The notes under the pieces are model-generated. The model saw nothing but the letters and a program-made list of their open reading frames with translations, did no database searches and had not been told where the DNA came from. A program made the translations under genes and the position numbers. DNA of 63,657 bases, filler included, from Octopus bimaculoides (lineage: Eukaryota), in NCBI RefSeq assembly GCF_001194135.2. It is 4 parts of 3 records of this genome, joined end to end, with 100 filler letters (N's around TTAATTAATTAA, not from the genome) between each part and the next. Parts side by side here need not be neighbours in the genome. Positions count along the whole stretch, not along the records: positions 1 to 23,925 come from NC_068986.1; 3 more parts are not named here. One strand, given 5' to 3'. This document shows positions 1 through 15,068 of the stretch, in pieces (position 1 is the first letter of the stretch; every line of letters begins with the position of its first letter).

Positions 1-7
1 ATATATT

Positions 8-100
8 GTGGGCTTCTTTCAGTTTCTGTCTACCAAATTCACTCACAAAGCTTTCGTCGACTTGAGGCAAGCTTCTTACCACCCACCCATGCCTGTACCT
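8..100 (-). mobile_element. Fragment of tRNA-derived SINE (family with internal microsatellite), 5' half
   Basis: ggcttctttcagtttctgtctaccaaattcactcacaaagc is the reverse complement of the segment seen at 34690-34742 and 44200-44245. Confidence 0.7.
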
Positions 101-154
101 ATATATGTATATGTATATGTGTGTGTATGTGCATGTTTGTATGCACACAAACTA

Positions 155-200
<46 letters not shown>

Positions 201-1441
201 TATGTAGATAGATAGATAGATAGATAGTTATTGGTATAGATAAGTGTTGATACACATATATTTCCAACCTTGCACTAATATTTTATGGTTCCACAACATA
301 AATTGTTTACATAAGTCATCATCTAGAATAAATCATCTGATGGCTTAGACTCTTTAGTCACTGCACAAGCAGAACATTTTTAATGCATTTAAGCTGAATA
401 AAAAAATCTCAACTAGGTCAAGATTGCAATCTTTCAATTCTTGGATATGCATGTGCATCCACTCGTTTTAATTCCACATTTGTTCTGCACAAGTTTAGAG
501 TATCCCTTGAAAAGCAAGAAGCCTTCACCAGGCTCTTACATTTTTAGTCTGATGAACAATGAATAAGCTAAATTTATGTTAATTGCTCCTGAGAATCATT
601 CAGGAATACTATAAAGAGTGAATATTGGCAATGAGGTCTGCAAGGAAGTCTATGTGAAATATTTACTGATGATTTTTTTTTCTTCATTCCTATATGCCAT
701 TCATCATTATAGTTCAGAAGTGGATGTCTGTGAAATCTCTGTAAACCAACAAGCTAGTGTTATTGGAAAACTAATCAAAGAACTATAAAAGGAAGATATT
801 TGAAACTTGAAAGTGTTGGCTTGTGGCAATGTATTTGAAGATAACATAACAGACAATAAGGTTTTAGTAACAGTGATCAGGCAAATCACTTGCTACTTAG
901 ATATAAAGTAGGAAGAATATAGATATTATATTCTCAGGACAAGCAAAGGGTACAAATTTCTGGTGGATTGAAAAAGAGGAGGAACATTAAATACCTTAAA
1001 TGCACTGATGCAATGAACTTAATGAACATATAACAGGTGAAAATTATGTTTTGCTTTTGTATCTTAATAAACATTCTTTTATGAATGTACTTAAATAAAA
1101 TCTGAGCAGAGTAAGTCTAGTGGATGGAGTTTGATAGAAGTGGAAGAAGTTTAGGAAACAGTAATTCCGCCTGAAAATAAAGGGTGATGCTCTATAGTAA
1201 TACAAATTCACATTAAGTGCAAAGGGTCAAACATACTATTCTAAGGTACATAAATTACTGAGTGAAGTGAGTTAGGAAAGCAGCTGTGTATCAAAGGTAT
1301 TGGTCAATGTATTTGGGACAGTGGAAAATACTGACACAGGAATCAAAAATAGATGTGCACTGAGTTAAATTGTGCCATGATTTGAGAAGATGGTATACAC
1401 GAGAAAGAATGCCAATATCATGCTTGAAAATGATGTTTTAT

Positions 1442-1485
<44 letters not shown>

Positions 1486-4400
1486 TCGTATGAATTGAAA
1501 TATGATAGAAATGGAGTAATGATGAGGTTAATTATATCAACAGTAGAGAGAAAGAGAGAGAAGGGGGCGGGGATTAACTATTTGATGATGATTTCTGAAG
1601 ATTTATGTCAACATTCTAAGCTAAACCTGATGGAGGATAGAATATATTTAAATTGAATGAAAGTACATTTTATGTCTTTGATAATTTTACTGCAAATTCA
1701 CAATTATTTCGTTGTGAGTTGATACAATTTAGCCATGAAACATTTGTTTCTCAAGAGAAATAAAATAGAATAGGCAATGTTCAATATTCAGATAATGTAG
1801 GCAATTTGATGGATGACAACGAGACCATAGAATTGAATAGACTTATGTAATGAATAGAAATTAGGAAACAAGTATACAATATCAGTCCTATGTTATATAA
1901 TTGAGTAAAAAGTTACAATATTTTTGAGATTGAGAGTAATGACCTGCATTCTTGTGAGACCTTAAATTGGTTTATATCATTGAACAAAGCAAATTCTTTC
2001 CTATTTTATCTATATGAATATGAAAGGATTTTTGAGTAAATTCAGAGCAAGAGTGACATTAGAGGAAGAATGTATCTTAAGTTATTACAATGAATGAGTT
2101 CAAAGGTGGAAGTTTATTCTTCAAATACGTTTTAACAGATGAATAGTTCTTTGAACCTCTCCCCACCAAAAAAAAAAAAAAAAAAAAAGTTTAAAGAATT
2201 GGTTTCCTTTTAAGTTGCTTTGCAGTAAACTTAAAAACCTAAAGGATGATGCATTTGTTGAAGCAACTATTTGAACATAAAGATAGCAGATGGGAAATAA
2301 ACTAAATTACTTGAGAATTAAAAATACAAAACCTTTGCAAAGAATGTTAATGATAAATTTTCATGTTTTATTAGAAAATATGCTAGATATTCATTCAACT
2401 ATTAATAAAGTATTTAGTTTTATTAAAGATACATTTTCAGTTAATGGTACACATTATTAAACAAGCTTTTGATGATTATCAGAACACCAAAAACAATAAA
2501 AGTTTCATAAATTGAAAAAGAAGTTGTTAAAAATTGAATTTAGAAAAATCAATTTAAATTAATTTGATCCGGTAGCAGTAAAGCTTTAAACAGAGTTTAT
2601 TCATGAAGTATAATATTTATCATAAACAACCAAAAAATGGAGAGGAAAACAAAATTTATTATGGTTTAAAATGAGGTTTCATTATAAGTTATGAACAAGA
2701 AAATTTATATATTCTCATCTTAGGACCTTTCAAGTTATTTATATTTCTTCTTTAATTATTTTCACCTATCTGAGTATTACAGCTAAGAAACATTCTACAA
2801 GAATCTTCTTTAGTTTATAGTATAATGCTAAGTTGGCCGTTCTTCTTTCTTCCTCTCCTTGCATCTGATCTTCCTTAGTATGTGTGTGTGTAGGAGTGTG
2901 TGTATAGGAGTGTGTGTATAGATATATGTAGAAGGATGATTCAAGTGAAACAGACAAAACAAGCAACTGCATTTTTTTCTCAGCAGATGTTTTTAGCTTA
3001 GTGGAAACTAACTGTTATTAACCAATTTGTACTTTATTTCTTTATTACTTAATCAACAATAATCACCTTAATGTATAACAAAATTTCATAATTCTATGGG
3101 TAATCTCAGTTTGTAGATATGAAATATAAATATTTCTAATAATTTGATTCTTACAAACCTTGAAAATACTTTGTAACAGCATTTTCGACCATTTGGTGAG
3201 GGAAAGAAGGACAACCGCTATGATGCTTTGTTTTTCTCATGGTCCCCAAGAATGATAGGAAAGCAAAGAGGGATTTATTGTCAAACGTGAATCTTGGAAT
3301 GAATGTTTGCAACAGACTTAACTCCACTACCAGCAGCAAAGTCCTAGGTTGTTGTACAAAGCTGGACAATAGTTTAAATTTACTTTCCATGAATTCAGTA
3401 TGAGAAGAGCCAGAACAGATATCACAAGATACTATCTTATGGCTTTCACAACTTTGCCAATCCACTTCACTGGAATGGTGCATTATTTTATTTTACCAGA
3501 GAGTATAAAAGGTGAGGCTGGCCTTTGCAGGATTTGAATCCAAAATATTGAGAACCACAGCAAATACTACAAGGTATTTTGTCCTTTTCTCTTGCAACTG
3601 TAGTAATTCTCTGCTTATAAACTATTTTATGACTACAAATGAGGCAGTTGTTGAATTTACAAGGTATAATTATTTGGAGATTTCAGTGTTCATTTTGTAT
3701 CTCAGTCTCTACTAAATAAACATATCTAGAGCAGAAGTTAAACTTCATAAACAACCTGCCTAAAATCCATTCCAATTATGGATCTGCTTTCAACTAATCA
3801 CCTAAATCCAAAGTTTTCAACAATTTTTCAACTCTATTCCTCATTTCTCCATGACACAAGACCCACTTTCACTTCTTCATTTTCCAGACTCTCTCCTCTT
3901 CATCAATGATCTGTAAGTTAGCAGTCATTCTGTTCAGTTGACACAATTATCCATTCCTTCAGTTCTTTTAAATACAATATTTTTATCCATAATTATATCC
4001 AATATTTTCATCAATGATAACTTTAAGGTTATTCAAATATCTCCTTCGCAATAAGGATCTAACATGATAATGGCAAACAATAACCCCAGAATGCAAATAT
4101 TGCTTATTTTAAAGCACTATCACCATCAAATTCCTATACTTCATGAATAATTTCTGACTTATAGAATTCCCTCTCAAAACAAACTCTCAATACTTACTCA
4201 TAAGTAACAACAAAAATTCCTGTGAAAACTCCCTCAATAAAACTTAACATTCACAACCAAGTGGATAAATATTTCAGCTTTAACAAACTGATCACTATAA
4301 ATATCTAAACTATCTAAATATGTCCTCAATGTATGTCACTGTTCCTTTCTTATATTCCAACTGGCAGAGTTCATTTGATCAGAGACATCAAAATAGAAAT

Positions 4401-7019
4401 TATCTGCTTAACTGATAAATTCCTTTTTTCTAAAAGTATTCAGTTGGTGGCCCATCATAAGCAAACATAAGGTTTCCAGTGCTCGTAAATTACCAGTATT
4501 ATCCAACTTAATTCAAAAGTATTTGTTGTATCTAATTCTCTACTTATTGTTAAGCTGTGCTTTGGGTACAGCAAACATTAGATGCAGTTCTGCATCTTGT
4601 TGGCTATAACTCAGATATTTCCTGATGCTAGTACACTAGCTGCACCAATTTCACAACTCTCACCATAGTGAAATGAGAAAGCAATGCTTTCCTCTATATT
4701 CATGATAATTAAAATATTTATAGCTATCATATGTCTATAGGAAATAAACAATCATATTGTTATAAGAACGCCGTTGTTATGTTTGCATATTAAAACCAAT
4801 GGAAAAGAAGATATTTTTTGTATCAGAGAATAGTTTTATTCTCCAATGTATTTTGCTTGTATGTGAGTGACTACCATGGAATTATTTCAACAAAATTGCT
4901 GCTTAAATTGTAAACTAATATGGAGTGTAAAGTAAATAAATTAGCAGTGAAAGCATTAACCATACAAAACATTCCACACAAAGAAAAAAATCAATACAAG
5001 TAGATTTCTGATAGTTGTTAGAGATTGGAAAGATATGTTATCAATTTGGATATCGTTTATAAGTAAAAGGTTTGGAACAGGTACTTAAAATAATATTCTT
5101 AATTTTATTTAATAGAATAATCATCTAAAATGAAAATAATTATTGTGATTCTAATTAACAGTTTTCTGAATGTAGAAATGTTCAAGTTATTTATGTAAGA
5201 AAGAAATTGTTTCAGTGGAACCTATTGTGTCTGTTTTGAAATAGGTTTTATTTTGCTTTCAATCCATTAATTGTTTTGTATCTAATTAAGAAAATGTTGG
5301 AGGGCAGAACAAATATTGATTATTTGATCACTCACTTTTAATGTTGTTTTAGATGTAGAACAAAATATTTTGTAACATAAATCTTTTCACATTATTTTTC
5401 TTTATTGCTTTATAGATTTAATAACAAAGGAAATAGAGAAAGAGAAGTCACTTGATTAACTCATTGCTCTCCCCCCCCCACTCCTTTTTGTTCTATAGAA
5501 AAGAAACGTTTAACCAATACCATTAGTATGTCATGTCAACAGTCTACCAAAACAAAAATCAAGAAAATACAGTTGGGGGAAGGGAGGGAATTAGTTTAAA
5601 AACAAGAAAAATTTTTAAAATTAGATTTTGAATAGGTGTAATGACAGTTTATACTTTGTGCTTAGCTGCCATCATAGGCAATATTAAAATGTGGTTGTAT
5701 AGAGCTTACAAAACGATTTGGCATTGTTAACAGTTCCAAAGTATTGTCAATACAGAGAATTATAACAGTTTGCATTATCTAATGTGGCAGGAACATATAA
5801 TACAATCTTTGAAAGACAAGATGATGTTCAGCTGGATATAAAGTGAATATTATGATATCAAGATAGTCCCTCATTCAATAAGGTCTATTATTGTTTTGGC
5901 CAATGTTTTCAGAACGATTTCTCTAATAATGATATCCAAATCTACAAAATAACAGTTCTGGGAAGTTATATAAGTGGTAACTTTAAAAATAAATTCTTTT
6001 AAGACTGACAACAATCAAGCAGACTGGTGTTCAAATTTAGCCTTATAAAATTAAATGATTATGAAAAAAGAATTCTCTTTATGCAGTATAATAATACATG
6101 GTTACCACTTTTGCTCAGGTGAACCCAGGCAATGTAGAATTTCATGCCCTGTCAAGAAATACCACTGAAGCAGATTTGAACAGAATCACTAAATGTTTTT
6201 TAAGTTCCCGGCAGTCATGAAACATAGTGATAATGAAAATTAAGAGTGAGCGAGGATAAATTTCTTTGATTTATTTAATTAGCCTAAGCAATTGCAATAT
6301 CCTAAAACAATTGTACTGACGAACCACAAATGAAATACAAATGAATGTAACATAAAAACACTCATTTCTGACATATTTCAAACAAAATATATTATTAAGA
6401 AATATTATAACTAATTCAATGATTTGTTAACTCTGTATGTTAGAGGTTAATATTAGAAGATTTTATATGTTGAAGGTTATATGCAATTAGTTACTCATAA
6501 TTTTTTAAGATAGCCAGTAGCTAGAATTTCAAACTTTAATATCTGATCCATGTCATTCTGTTTAACACATACTAACAAATGAAATAATCAAGGCTAATAC
6601 TTAACAAGTTAATTATTTCATGAAACATTATTTCTATTACATAATAGTGAATGCACTTAGATAATTGAATATTCAATAATATAATAATTCATTTTGTATA
6701 ATAACTTTTACATCAATTTAAGTTCTTTTTTCTATTATGATTGAGAATATGTTTATACAGCTTAATACATTTATATCACTTAACTTTGAGAGGGATGCAC
6801 AATACCTACGACCTTTTGTTTTCTCAGAGCCTTTGAGATTAGTACTATCTGTTGCATGAATTCAAGTCAGGTCACTGGTGTGAAAGTATGTTTCCTATTT
6901 CTTTCTAAATGAAAATAAAACCAACTAGGCAATGAATTACATCTACCACCAAAACCTCAGGACACAAAGAGGCAAAACAAATACTAAAGCTATCGTCATT
7001 TAACATCCAAATATCATCA

Positions 7020-7290
7020 AGCCATGATTCTAGACTGGTATTTTATTTTATCAACTCTGAAAGGATGAAAGGCAAAGCTGACTGCGTGGGATTTTGACTC
7101 AGAGTACAGAGAGCTAGAACAGATACAAATGTATTCTATAATGATACTTTCAATTCATTGTGTCAACCAATCCATTGTCAAATACTGATAGTTTATGCTA
7201 TTGATCTCAGAGGGATGAAAAGCAAAGTTGTTCTCAACTGGAATTCAACCCAAAACACAAGGGGCTAGAACAATATCACTTATGCTTTAA
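7020..7290 (-). mobile_element. Two old, decayed SINE fragments
   Basis: aaggatgaaaggcaaag and agggatgaaaagcaaag match the reverse complement of the core ctttgcctttcatcctt in the 39929 copy. Confidence 0.55.
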
Positions 7291-10200
7291 TGATTCTACA
7301 ACTTAAGTAAAAAGATTTAAGACAAAATATATTAAATAAAATACGAATAAATTGATTTCACTTCATTTTTCTGAACATAAACACATGTATACATGCATCC
7401 TCTCTTAACAATTTAGTTTGAGGAAACAAAAAATAAACTTTGCAGCTTTGATTCAGATTTTATATGAAATACAATTCTTCATTTTGGACATCATGTCTAC
7501 CAATGTTATAGCGAACAAGATACCATTAAGCATCTGATAGTAAAATTGAAGAACACATCTGAAAAGCAAATTCAACTAATTCAAGTTTATGATTCTTAAG
7601 ATATATTTCCCTTTTTTCATTCTCAATAAGCTAATTGCTGTCTTGAAAAGATACATTTTCTATCAATCATTTGACGTAGTTTGTTGCTAAATCTCTTTTA
7701 AAGTAGATTGCTTATGAAATAAATACTCCATGACATATTTTTAATTAAATAGAAAGAATTCAGAGGTATTTAAACACAAAGAAGCAAAAGGAATTTAGCA
7801 CCTGAATGAAGTTTGAATCAATGTACAGCCTCAACATCAGAACAAGTTACCTGTGTCAAACCAATTCTACATTTATACAATGACTTAATACTGCAACATT
7901 CATATAATAAATAGCTTATGGTTTAAGTTTCTATTTTTCTGGCTGATGATATCTTTTATTACATACAATCTCCAAAGGTAAATTTAGAAGTTAATTATTC
8001 ATATTAATAGTTGCATCTTTGATCTTAAAATTCAGTTCTATAATAAAGTGAAACTGGATGTAAAATCATTTGACCTAATGATAAGTTACTTGGCGATATT
8101 TTAAATAGTATTGAATGTTTTATGTCATCTACAGATTAGATATGACTATTCTGAGACAGTTGTATACTGTGTGCTGCTTCAATTGAGAAATATCAAATAA
8201 GGCTTCTGAAAATGTAGACCCTGTTACTATCTATTTTCCAACATAACACACAATTGGTCATTCAAGTTAGAAAGCCAAGATTAATTAATCAAACTTTTAA
8301 TGAAATATAGCATGCAAACCTTATGGTTCAATTTCTATTGTTCATTGGTTTTAATAATACCAGCTCAATACCCTATCACGTTAAAGAATATATCTCAATT
8401 ATTTACCAACAATAATAACTGAGCCTGATGATGACGCTGTTATTTCTGCAATGTATCTTCATAGATCAACTGTTTATAAGCTGTTTATAAAATATGTCCT
8501 ATTTGAATCCAGTTTACAAACCGGGTTCAAAAAGAACGAATTTTATGAATTTTATATAAATATATGTAGAAGAAAGGAATTCTTTGTAGAAAGCAAGAAT
8601 TTTGGGAAAATGTTGATGTCTAAGAAAACATTTTGCCATAAACCATTGTGATCACAGCCAATATTAAGACACTAACTGTCAAACTATACTTTGTTCCAAG
8701 CATGACTGAGACTGACTCTCATGAAAAAAAAAATCACAGAATAAGTATAGTAGAAAACACAAAATGGAAGATAATTCAGTCTACTCTTCATTAGACATCT
8801 TTGTCAACCACAATAAATTAATTTCATTCTTGTACAGGTACCACTCTCTTCCATTGCTATGCAGCCTTGAAATTTGATATTCTGACCACTGTTGATAGCA
8901 GCAGCTGTCAAAAATCTACTTTTCCTTCATAGGTATCCTTCCCAAATTCTTCAACAAGGATTCATTAATTTTTAAACATAAAACAGCACTGAGATGCTAA
9001 TGCTACTAAAAATATCTGCCAGTTGCACTTCCATCAAACATGTTGATTAGACCCTAGGTGAACTTGATTGAGCTTAACTATGATAAAAAGTATTTCAACA
9101 GTGACTATCCTATTTCCTATGTAGACATATTGTATCTAAGACTATATTATTTAGGTCCTTTCTTTTTTCAGAGAATAGGATGTGATTTGAATAAAACTTG
9201 GCTGCTAATTCTAACAACTGGACAGTCACAAAGGAGTATCCTCCTTGATTTATCCAAATTTATTGTGAGGCTGAAATTTGCTTTCTCATATTTTATATTT
9301 TATGACACACAAGGTAGGTAACTTGAAAACTATGGAAACTGAAATCTGTATTTTAAAAATTGCTCTTTTGTTCTGCTGATTCAATATACTTCTATTGTGA
9401 ATAAATCTAGTTTGACGTTTATCAAGTAATGAGTGAAAACATGTGATGGAATATTAGATTTAATAACCTGTGTATTATGTCACCTGACAAAGGTAAAAGT
9501 GTTAACCAAAAATGTCAAAATATTAGCTTTATTTCATGGGTATTCTTTGTTAATCTACATAACTATCCTTTATTCTTGCATAAATAGTGGCTTGAATTGG
9601 TAATATTGTGCATTTATACTAACTAATATCTAATCATTTACACTTTAAATCAAAATGAATGCAGTTCTCTTTTCTTCTTGTTTCACTATCCTTTGGAATG
9701 TAGGAGTAGAGGTTTCATCCTTTGCAATATGTAGGTGTAAATATAACAGCTATAACTGGCTGCTGCAGCTAAAATCTGTAATCATCTTTTATTAACTTAT
9801 AATTCTTATGAATTTTGAAATTATATATACAAAATTTTGCAAATTAAAATAATTTTGTAATATTTAATTGTTTCTGTGACATAAATTCTACTGTGTTTTT
9901 GTGAGATTAGTTCACAATGGAAAATCCAACTTCTTATGGAGAAAAGAATTAGCTCATAAGATAAATATATAATTGATAAGGAGTTCAAAAACTTAATGCA
10001 AAAGGTAAATAATAAAGATGGTACAGGAGACCACTGAATCAAACTGTAAAAAAACGGAAAATATTTGAGAATATTATTGTGAATTAGGAGAACAATCCTC
10101 AGAATCTATCTTTGTTTAACTAGATATATTTTCAAGTATAAATAAAAGTTTTATTGTAAGAAAATATTTCAATTTGAGAGAACACTGAACTGTAATTCAC

Positions 10201-11764
10201 ATCAGAAGTAATCAATGATAGGGAACACTCAAGCTTTTTCATTTGTACTGCACATGTATTTTCAATCCGTAACCAAACAGACAATTTGTAAAAATATTGC
10301 ATATTGTTCTAAAATATTTGCAGAAATTACAAAGCATTCACATTTTTCAAATAATTTAAAGAAATAGATATATTTTATGATAAATCTGTATATGCAAGAT
10401 GTTTATTAAAACAAAAATAATTTTAAAAATAAATAATGTTGGGTATGGTCATAAAAAATGGCATTTTGACAAATGACATATTGCTTTTAGACAAAGCTGA
10501 GTACATTAAAATATAGAAATGTTATGATATACAATCATTTGTATTCAGACAACTCAAACATGAGGACACTGAACATAAGAAAAATAGATTATTGAAAGAT
10601 TTGTTATATGAAGAGTGAGTAACAAAGAGGAGATTATAAATAAAATCTAGAAAGAATTATGAAAAAAGCAATTCATAGCTTACGCCAAACTTACCTAGTA
10701 TAACAGTTAGCATACATTTAGCAATATTACATTAGTTACTAATCAGAACAAAACAGGCCTAATACTGAATTTGATTTCTTGAAAATCTAACTTATAAAAA
10801 TACATAGTTTAATACAACTCTAAAACAGACTGGTTTCATCATTTTTTTTTTATTTACTTAAGCATGTTTACAGAAACATATTTTAAAGAAAGCAAGAACA
10901 TAAAATTTGTAATAAACAGTATCTAAAATACTTATTTGAAATGCAGGATAATAACCAATAAAATATTGATCATTGTACTATCATATTTTAACTGTACGAA
11001 GTATTTTAATTTATTTTAGAGTAATTGAAATGAATAACTGTTTCTTTCCACATGGCCATTTTTAAATGAAATGGAAACCAAGAATCAAAACTTTATTTTA
11101 AAATTTACCTCAGTTATTCAGATAGTGAAATGTTATAATAACCTATGCCAAAACAAATCATATATCTAGCTTTCACCTTTAGATAACTGTCTCATCCTCA
11201 GATGTTATACTTGGTATAGATATTTGGTGCCAACCCAGTTGACAGTTATGCTCAATCTGACACCATATTGGTTTAGAAAGTTAATAGTTTTAAGACTTCA
11301 CAGTACAAAGAAGAAGAATTATTATTAATTTTGAAGAAGATATTGGCTAATTGACTAAGAATAATTTACATCAGTAGATATTTGATGAGAGACAAACAGA
11401 TCTGGTAACAAAATTTCCCATTTTTTCTATATAAAGTAGCAGAAATGACTATGAAAAAATTTAAAACATTGTTGTATTTTAACAGCAAGCCTCCATGAAA
11501 AATACATCAGAATATATTTGTATTGATACAGTTTTTTTACACAACATCCTAGGAAATTGCTGCATTAAAAACATGCACTGAATAAAGAAAGTTCTAGAGA
11601 ATAACATTAGTAACAATCTATGAACATCTTTTAATTGAATAAGTATGTAAAAAGTGATAAAAATACTTAGAGTAATAGAAAATTAGAGGAAACAGTATAA
11701 TTAGAAAAATAATGCAGATTAATATTTAGTATTAATTTTGAATATTAATTAAAGAAATACTTAC

Positions 11765-12143
11765 CACATTTCCCATAATATTTTACTCTAATGTCCTTCA
11801 TTTCTTGGCAAGCTGCTTTGCGCATCTCACACATGTTGCTATAATCTACTCCATCATTTCCACAAACTGGGGTGCTACCAATGTTGTCACCATAGGTGTT
11901 GCAGCGGTTGGGACACTGGCATCGGTAACTGAACCCATCTAATGAGGGTACACATTCAGCACCAAAGCTACACTTCTTCTGTTCGCATGGGTCCTTCATA
12001 TCTGCTGGGTAAACGTAACAGGCATTAGCCGGCTGAAAATTGCACAGACTGAACAGGCACAGTAAAATCAATGTAATTAGGGAGGAAAATGTAACGACTT
12101 CGAATGAAAATTTCCGAAGTGACAATTTGAAATCCTGGTACAT
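11765..12143 (-). CDS. AGRN: First coding exon of an agrin-like proteoglycan: signal peptide plus follistatin-N/Kazal domain 1 (126 codons + 1 nt, phase-1 intron follows)
   Basis: Translation MYQDFK...LITLILLCLFSLCNFQPANA-CYVYPADMKDPCEQKKCSFGAECVPSLDGFSYRCQCPNRCNTYGDNIGSTPVCGNDGVDYSNMCEMRKAACQEMKDIRVKYYGKC has follistatin/Kazal Cys spacing and resembles invertebrate agrin N-termini as I recall them. It ends at a perfect donor TGT G|GTAAGT (11764-11759). An in-frame TAA lies upstream of the ATG. A candidate acceptor TTTTATAATTAG| at 12185 would start the exon near 12184. Confidence 0.85.
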
Positions 12144-15023
12144 CCTTCTGTTCTCAGCATCAACTTTGGATTGTTGTTATCTTTCTAATTATAAAATGTT
12201 TTGAAAATAATATCCTATAGAATAGTTTCTGTATTTACAATTGTAATAATAAATGTAATAAAACCAGCATAATTTCTCTTTGGGATAAAGATTGTAGATA
12301 TAAATATATATATATGAGCTTGTGTGTGTTAATGCATATACATATATGAATATCTGTCTTCACTTTTAAGGGTATTAGAAATCTTTCAGTAATAATTCAA
12401 TTCATTTGATTGCTATGTGAGCTAAATGTTGACTACTATTTGGAAAGCTTTTTTATCTTTTTTTGTTTTTTTAGCGAAGCTTTCAGTTGGCTAAAGTAAA
12501 TACTATGGATATCTATTTATGTCTTGTGTATCTAAGAAAGCATTTTAATGGGTTGAAGAAATGTGTAAAAATTTACTCCTTTGACTTGCTTTGATGTTAG
12601 GTGAATATGAGTGAAAGGATTTAGTATGACCCAATAGATGTCACAAAGTCAATAACAAACATTTTGGTGGGTAATAAATTTTCAGAGTCTTAGTGCAATA
12701 GTACACACGAAAATCAGAATAATATTGCTGCTCTTTGAACAACAAATGAGGGAAGTCCAAATGCATCACTTTTTTCTCTTTTGTTTACTCAACTCTGTGT
12801 TGTCAGGAGTATTGATATGAGCTGGTGGTAATAAAAGACATCCTACTGATAGAAATAGCAGCAAGTTGAGCTTGCTTAATGTTTGGTAGCATTCTAGCAT
12901 TGATCAAATTACCACAGCAACCACAGTAAATAATTTCTCAAACTGCATTCATAACCAGATTGGTAGGTTTAGAAAATTTGTTAGTAAAGTCATCTGTTGA
13001 TAATGACAGAGCAGCAATCTCAATTAGAATGGTGATGGCAGAAATGAAAGAAAGTTAGAGAGGAAGAAGTAGGAAGTGATATAGACGATAATAGCAATGT
13101 AGAGAATCGATAAAAAAGAGGTGAGAAAGAAAAGTGAGCTCTATATAAATAACAATATATGTATTGAATGTTATCCGATTCTAGTAGTCAGAATAATTGC
13201 AGTAGCACTGTACAATGAGATGATGCTGTAACATTAAATATTTAACGTTTCACTTCATAACACATTCGCTTTGTGATGCGGTTTTACATTTTCATTATCT
13301 CCATCAATAATCTGGATTAAAATATTTGTTGCTTTCCCAAGTAATATTTCAAATTAACAGCTGCTCTTCATATAGTTCTGATAGAAGCCAGAGTGATTTT
13401 TTTCTTTTTGGTATGGTAGTAAGTGAGCATTAACATATTCTTCTTTCCTAACCAGTATCCTTCAATGTCACATTTCATTAGGCTTAGGTGTTGGAGAGAC
13501 TAAAAAAATCTACAAAATACTCTGTAGATTAGAATTTTCAATAACCACCTGACTACATTCACTTTTGATTATGTGACCAGCCGTTCTGTTCTGCTAGTGT
13601 CGATTTGCCATAGCTGCATGCTAAATGTTGCAGTAGCAGCAGTAATATTAGCAGTGGCAGTCTTGCTTCTTATACATACTCCCCTTTCCTCCTCAACAAG
13701 CAACTGTCTGACAGAGTAGAGTGTGGTGCTTTCTGTCAGCTAGGAAGCCAAGGAATATATATATATATCTGAAGCAACCAACAAAATGATAGCAAGCAGG
13801 GAATACAGAAAATCTGTAACAAATAGTGTACTTCTCTTAAACACTGGTTTATTCCTTCCTTCTAATTCGAACTGTGGGAAATAGAATCAATATTTGCTCT
13901 GAGGTCTAGGTTTTTTTGTTTATTTTCTTATTTATTGAGAATTAGAATTCAAAATAGTTAATAATGTGAAGAAAAATAAAATAAAATATGCCTGCTCAAT
14001 AATCATGGTAGATATTTTTTTCAGGTATAGCAATGTGAAGAGCTTATTTAGCTCCATAATAGTAACAGCTATTATGAAGTATTTCCATTAATTTTATTTC
14101 TATTATAAGAATGTGTAACATATTGCAGGTTGATCGGAATCTGTCTTGTCAAGGAAACTAGATAATATAGCCAGTAGCAATGTTCAAGGAGACATAGCAT
14201 ACCCAAAATAAGAAGGATAAGAGTTATTGAGGTAGGGTAGAAAAGGTGATGGATTGAGGTAGTTATTGGGTATTTTGAGAAATAATCAATTTAAATGAAG
14301 GGAGGGAATAGCAAGTTGGCTTTAGGGAGAATGAATTTATTGATTTGTTTTACTACCAAGCAGTTCAGAAAGAATATTCATTTTCTAAATGCATTGGTTG
14401 ATTGTAGTATTTTCTAAATGAAATTTTCTAATAAGGAGTTGGTATATAAACCATTTTCCATTGCTTATTTGCAATATTTATAGTTAATATACATACATGT
14501 GTTGTTATTTTAATGTTACTGATTATTAATAGAAGTAACAGCTGTATGCATTTGCTATTAAGTTAAAAAAGGAAACAAAACTGAAAATATATTTGAGAAT
14601 GATGAGAAAACTTGAAAATATTTTCCTTTCAATAAAAAAATAACCCCACGATTGATGAAAATGGAGTTTAGTTATGGTAATATAACTGAAGAAATAATGC
14701 AAATTTTGAAATATTATCTGTCATGGCCACCACAATAGGTGAGCTGCTACTGTCTTATCTTCAGTATTGTTAATCAATAAACTCTTTCAATATTTATGAT
14801 AGAGTAGAAAACAAAATCTCACAGTATTTATCAGGGAAATAAATAGAAAAACAAAAAACTATTCAGTCTAAGGTCATGTTTGTTTGACAATGTAATGAAA
14901 TATATGGTGTGAGTGCTGTTTTTCAGTTTAGAAAATTATCACTCTCTTCAGATATCAAAATTACATCCAGAATTATATGTGCCATACTTATTTTATGCAT
15001 ACATATACACATTCATACAAATC

Positions 15024-15068
<45 letters not shown>

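Noticed and set aside
3151-3483. 110-aa ORF and overlapping plus-strand frames
   Set aside because: No recognisable domain or splice signals; not a Kazal exon.
13708-13739. CTGACAGA...TCTGTCAG hairpin (similar 9-bp stem at 55408-55435)
   Set aside because: Stems are too short for a pre-miRNA and expected by chance in 63 kb.
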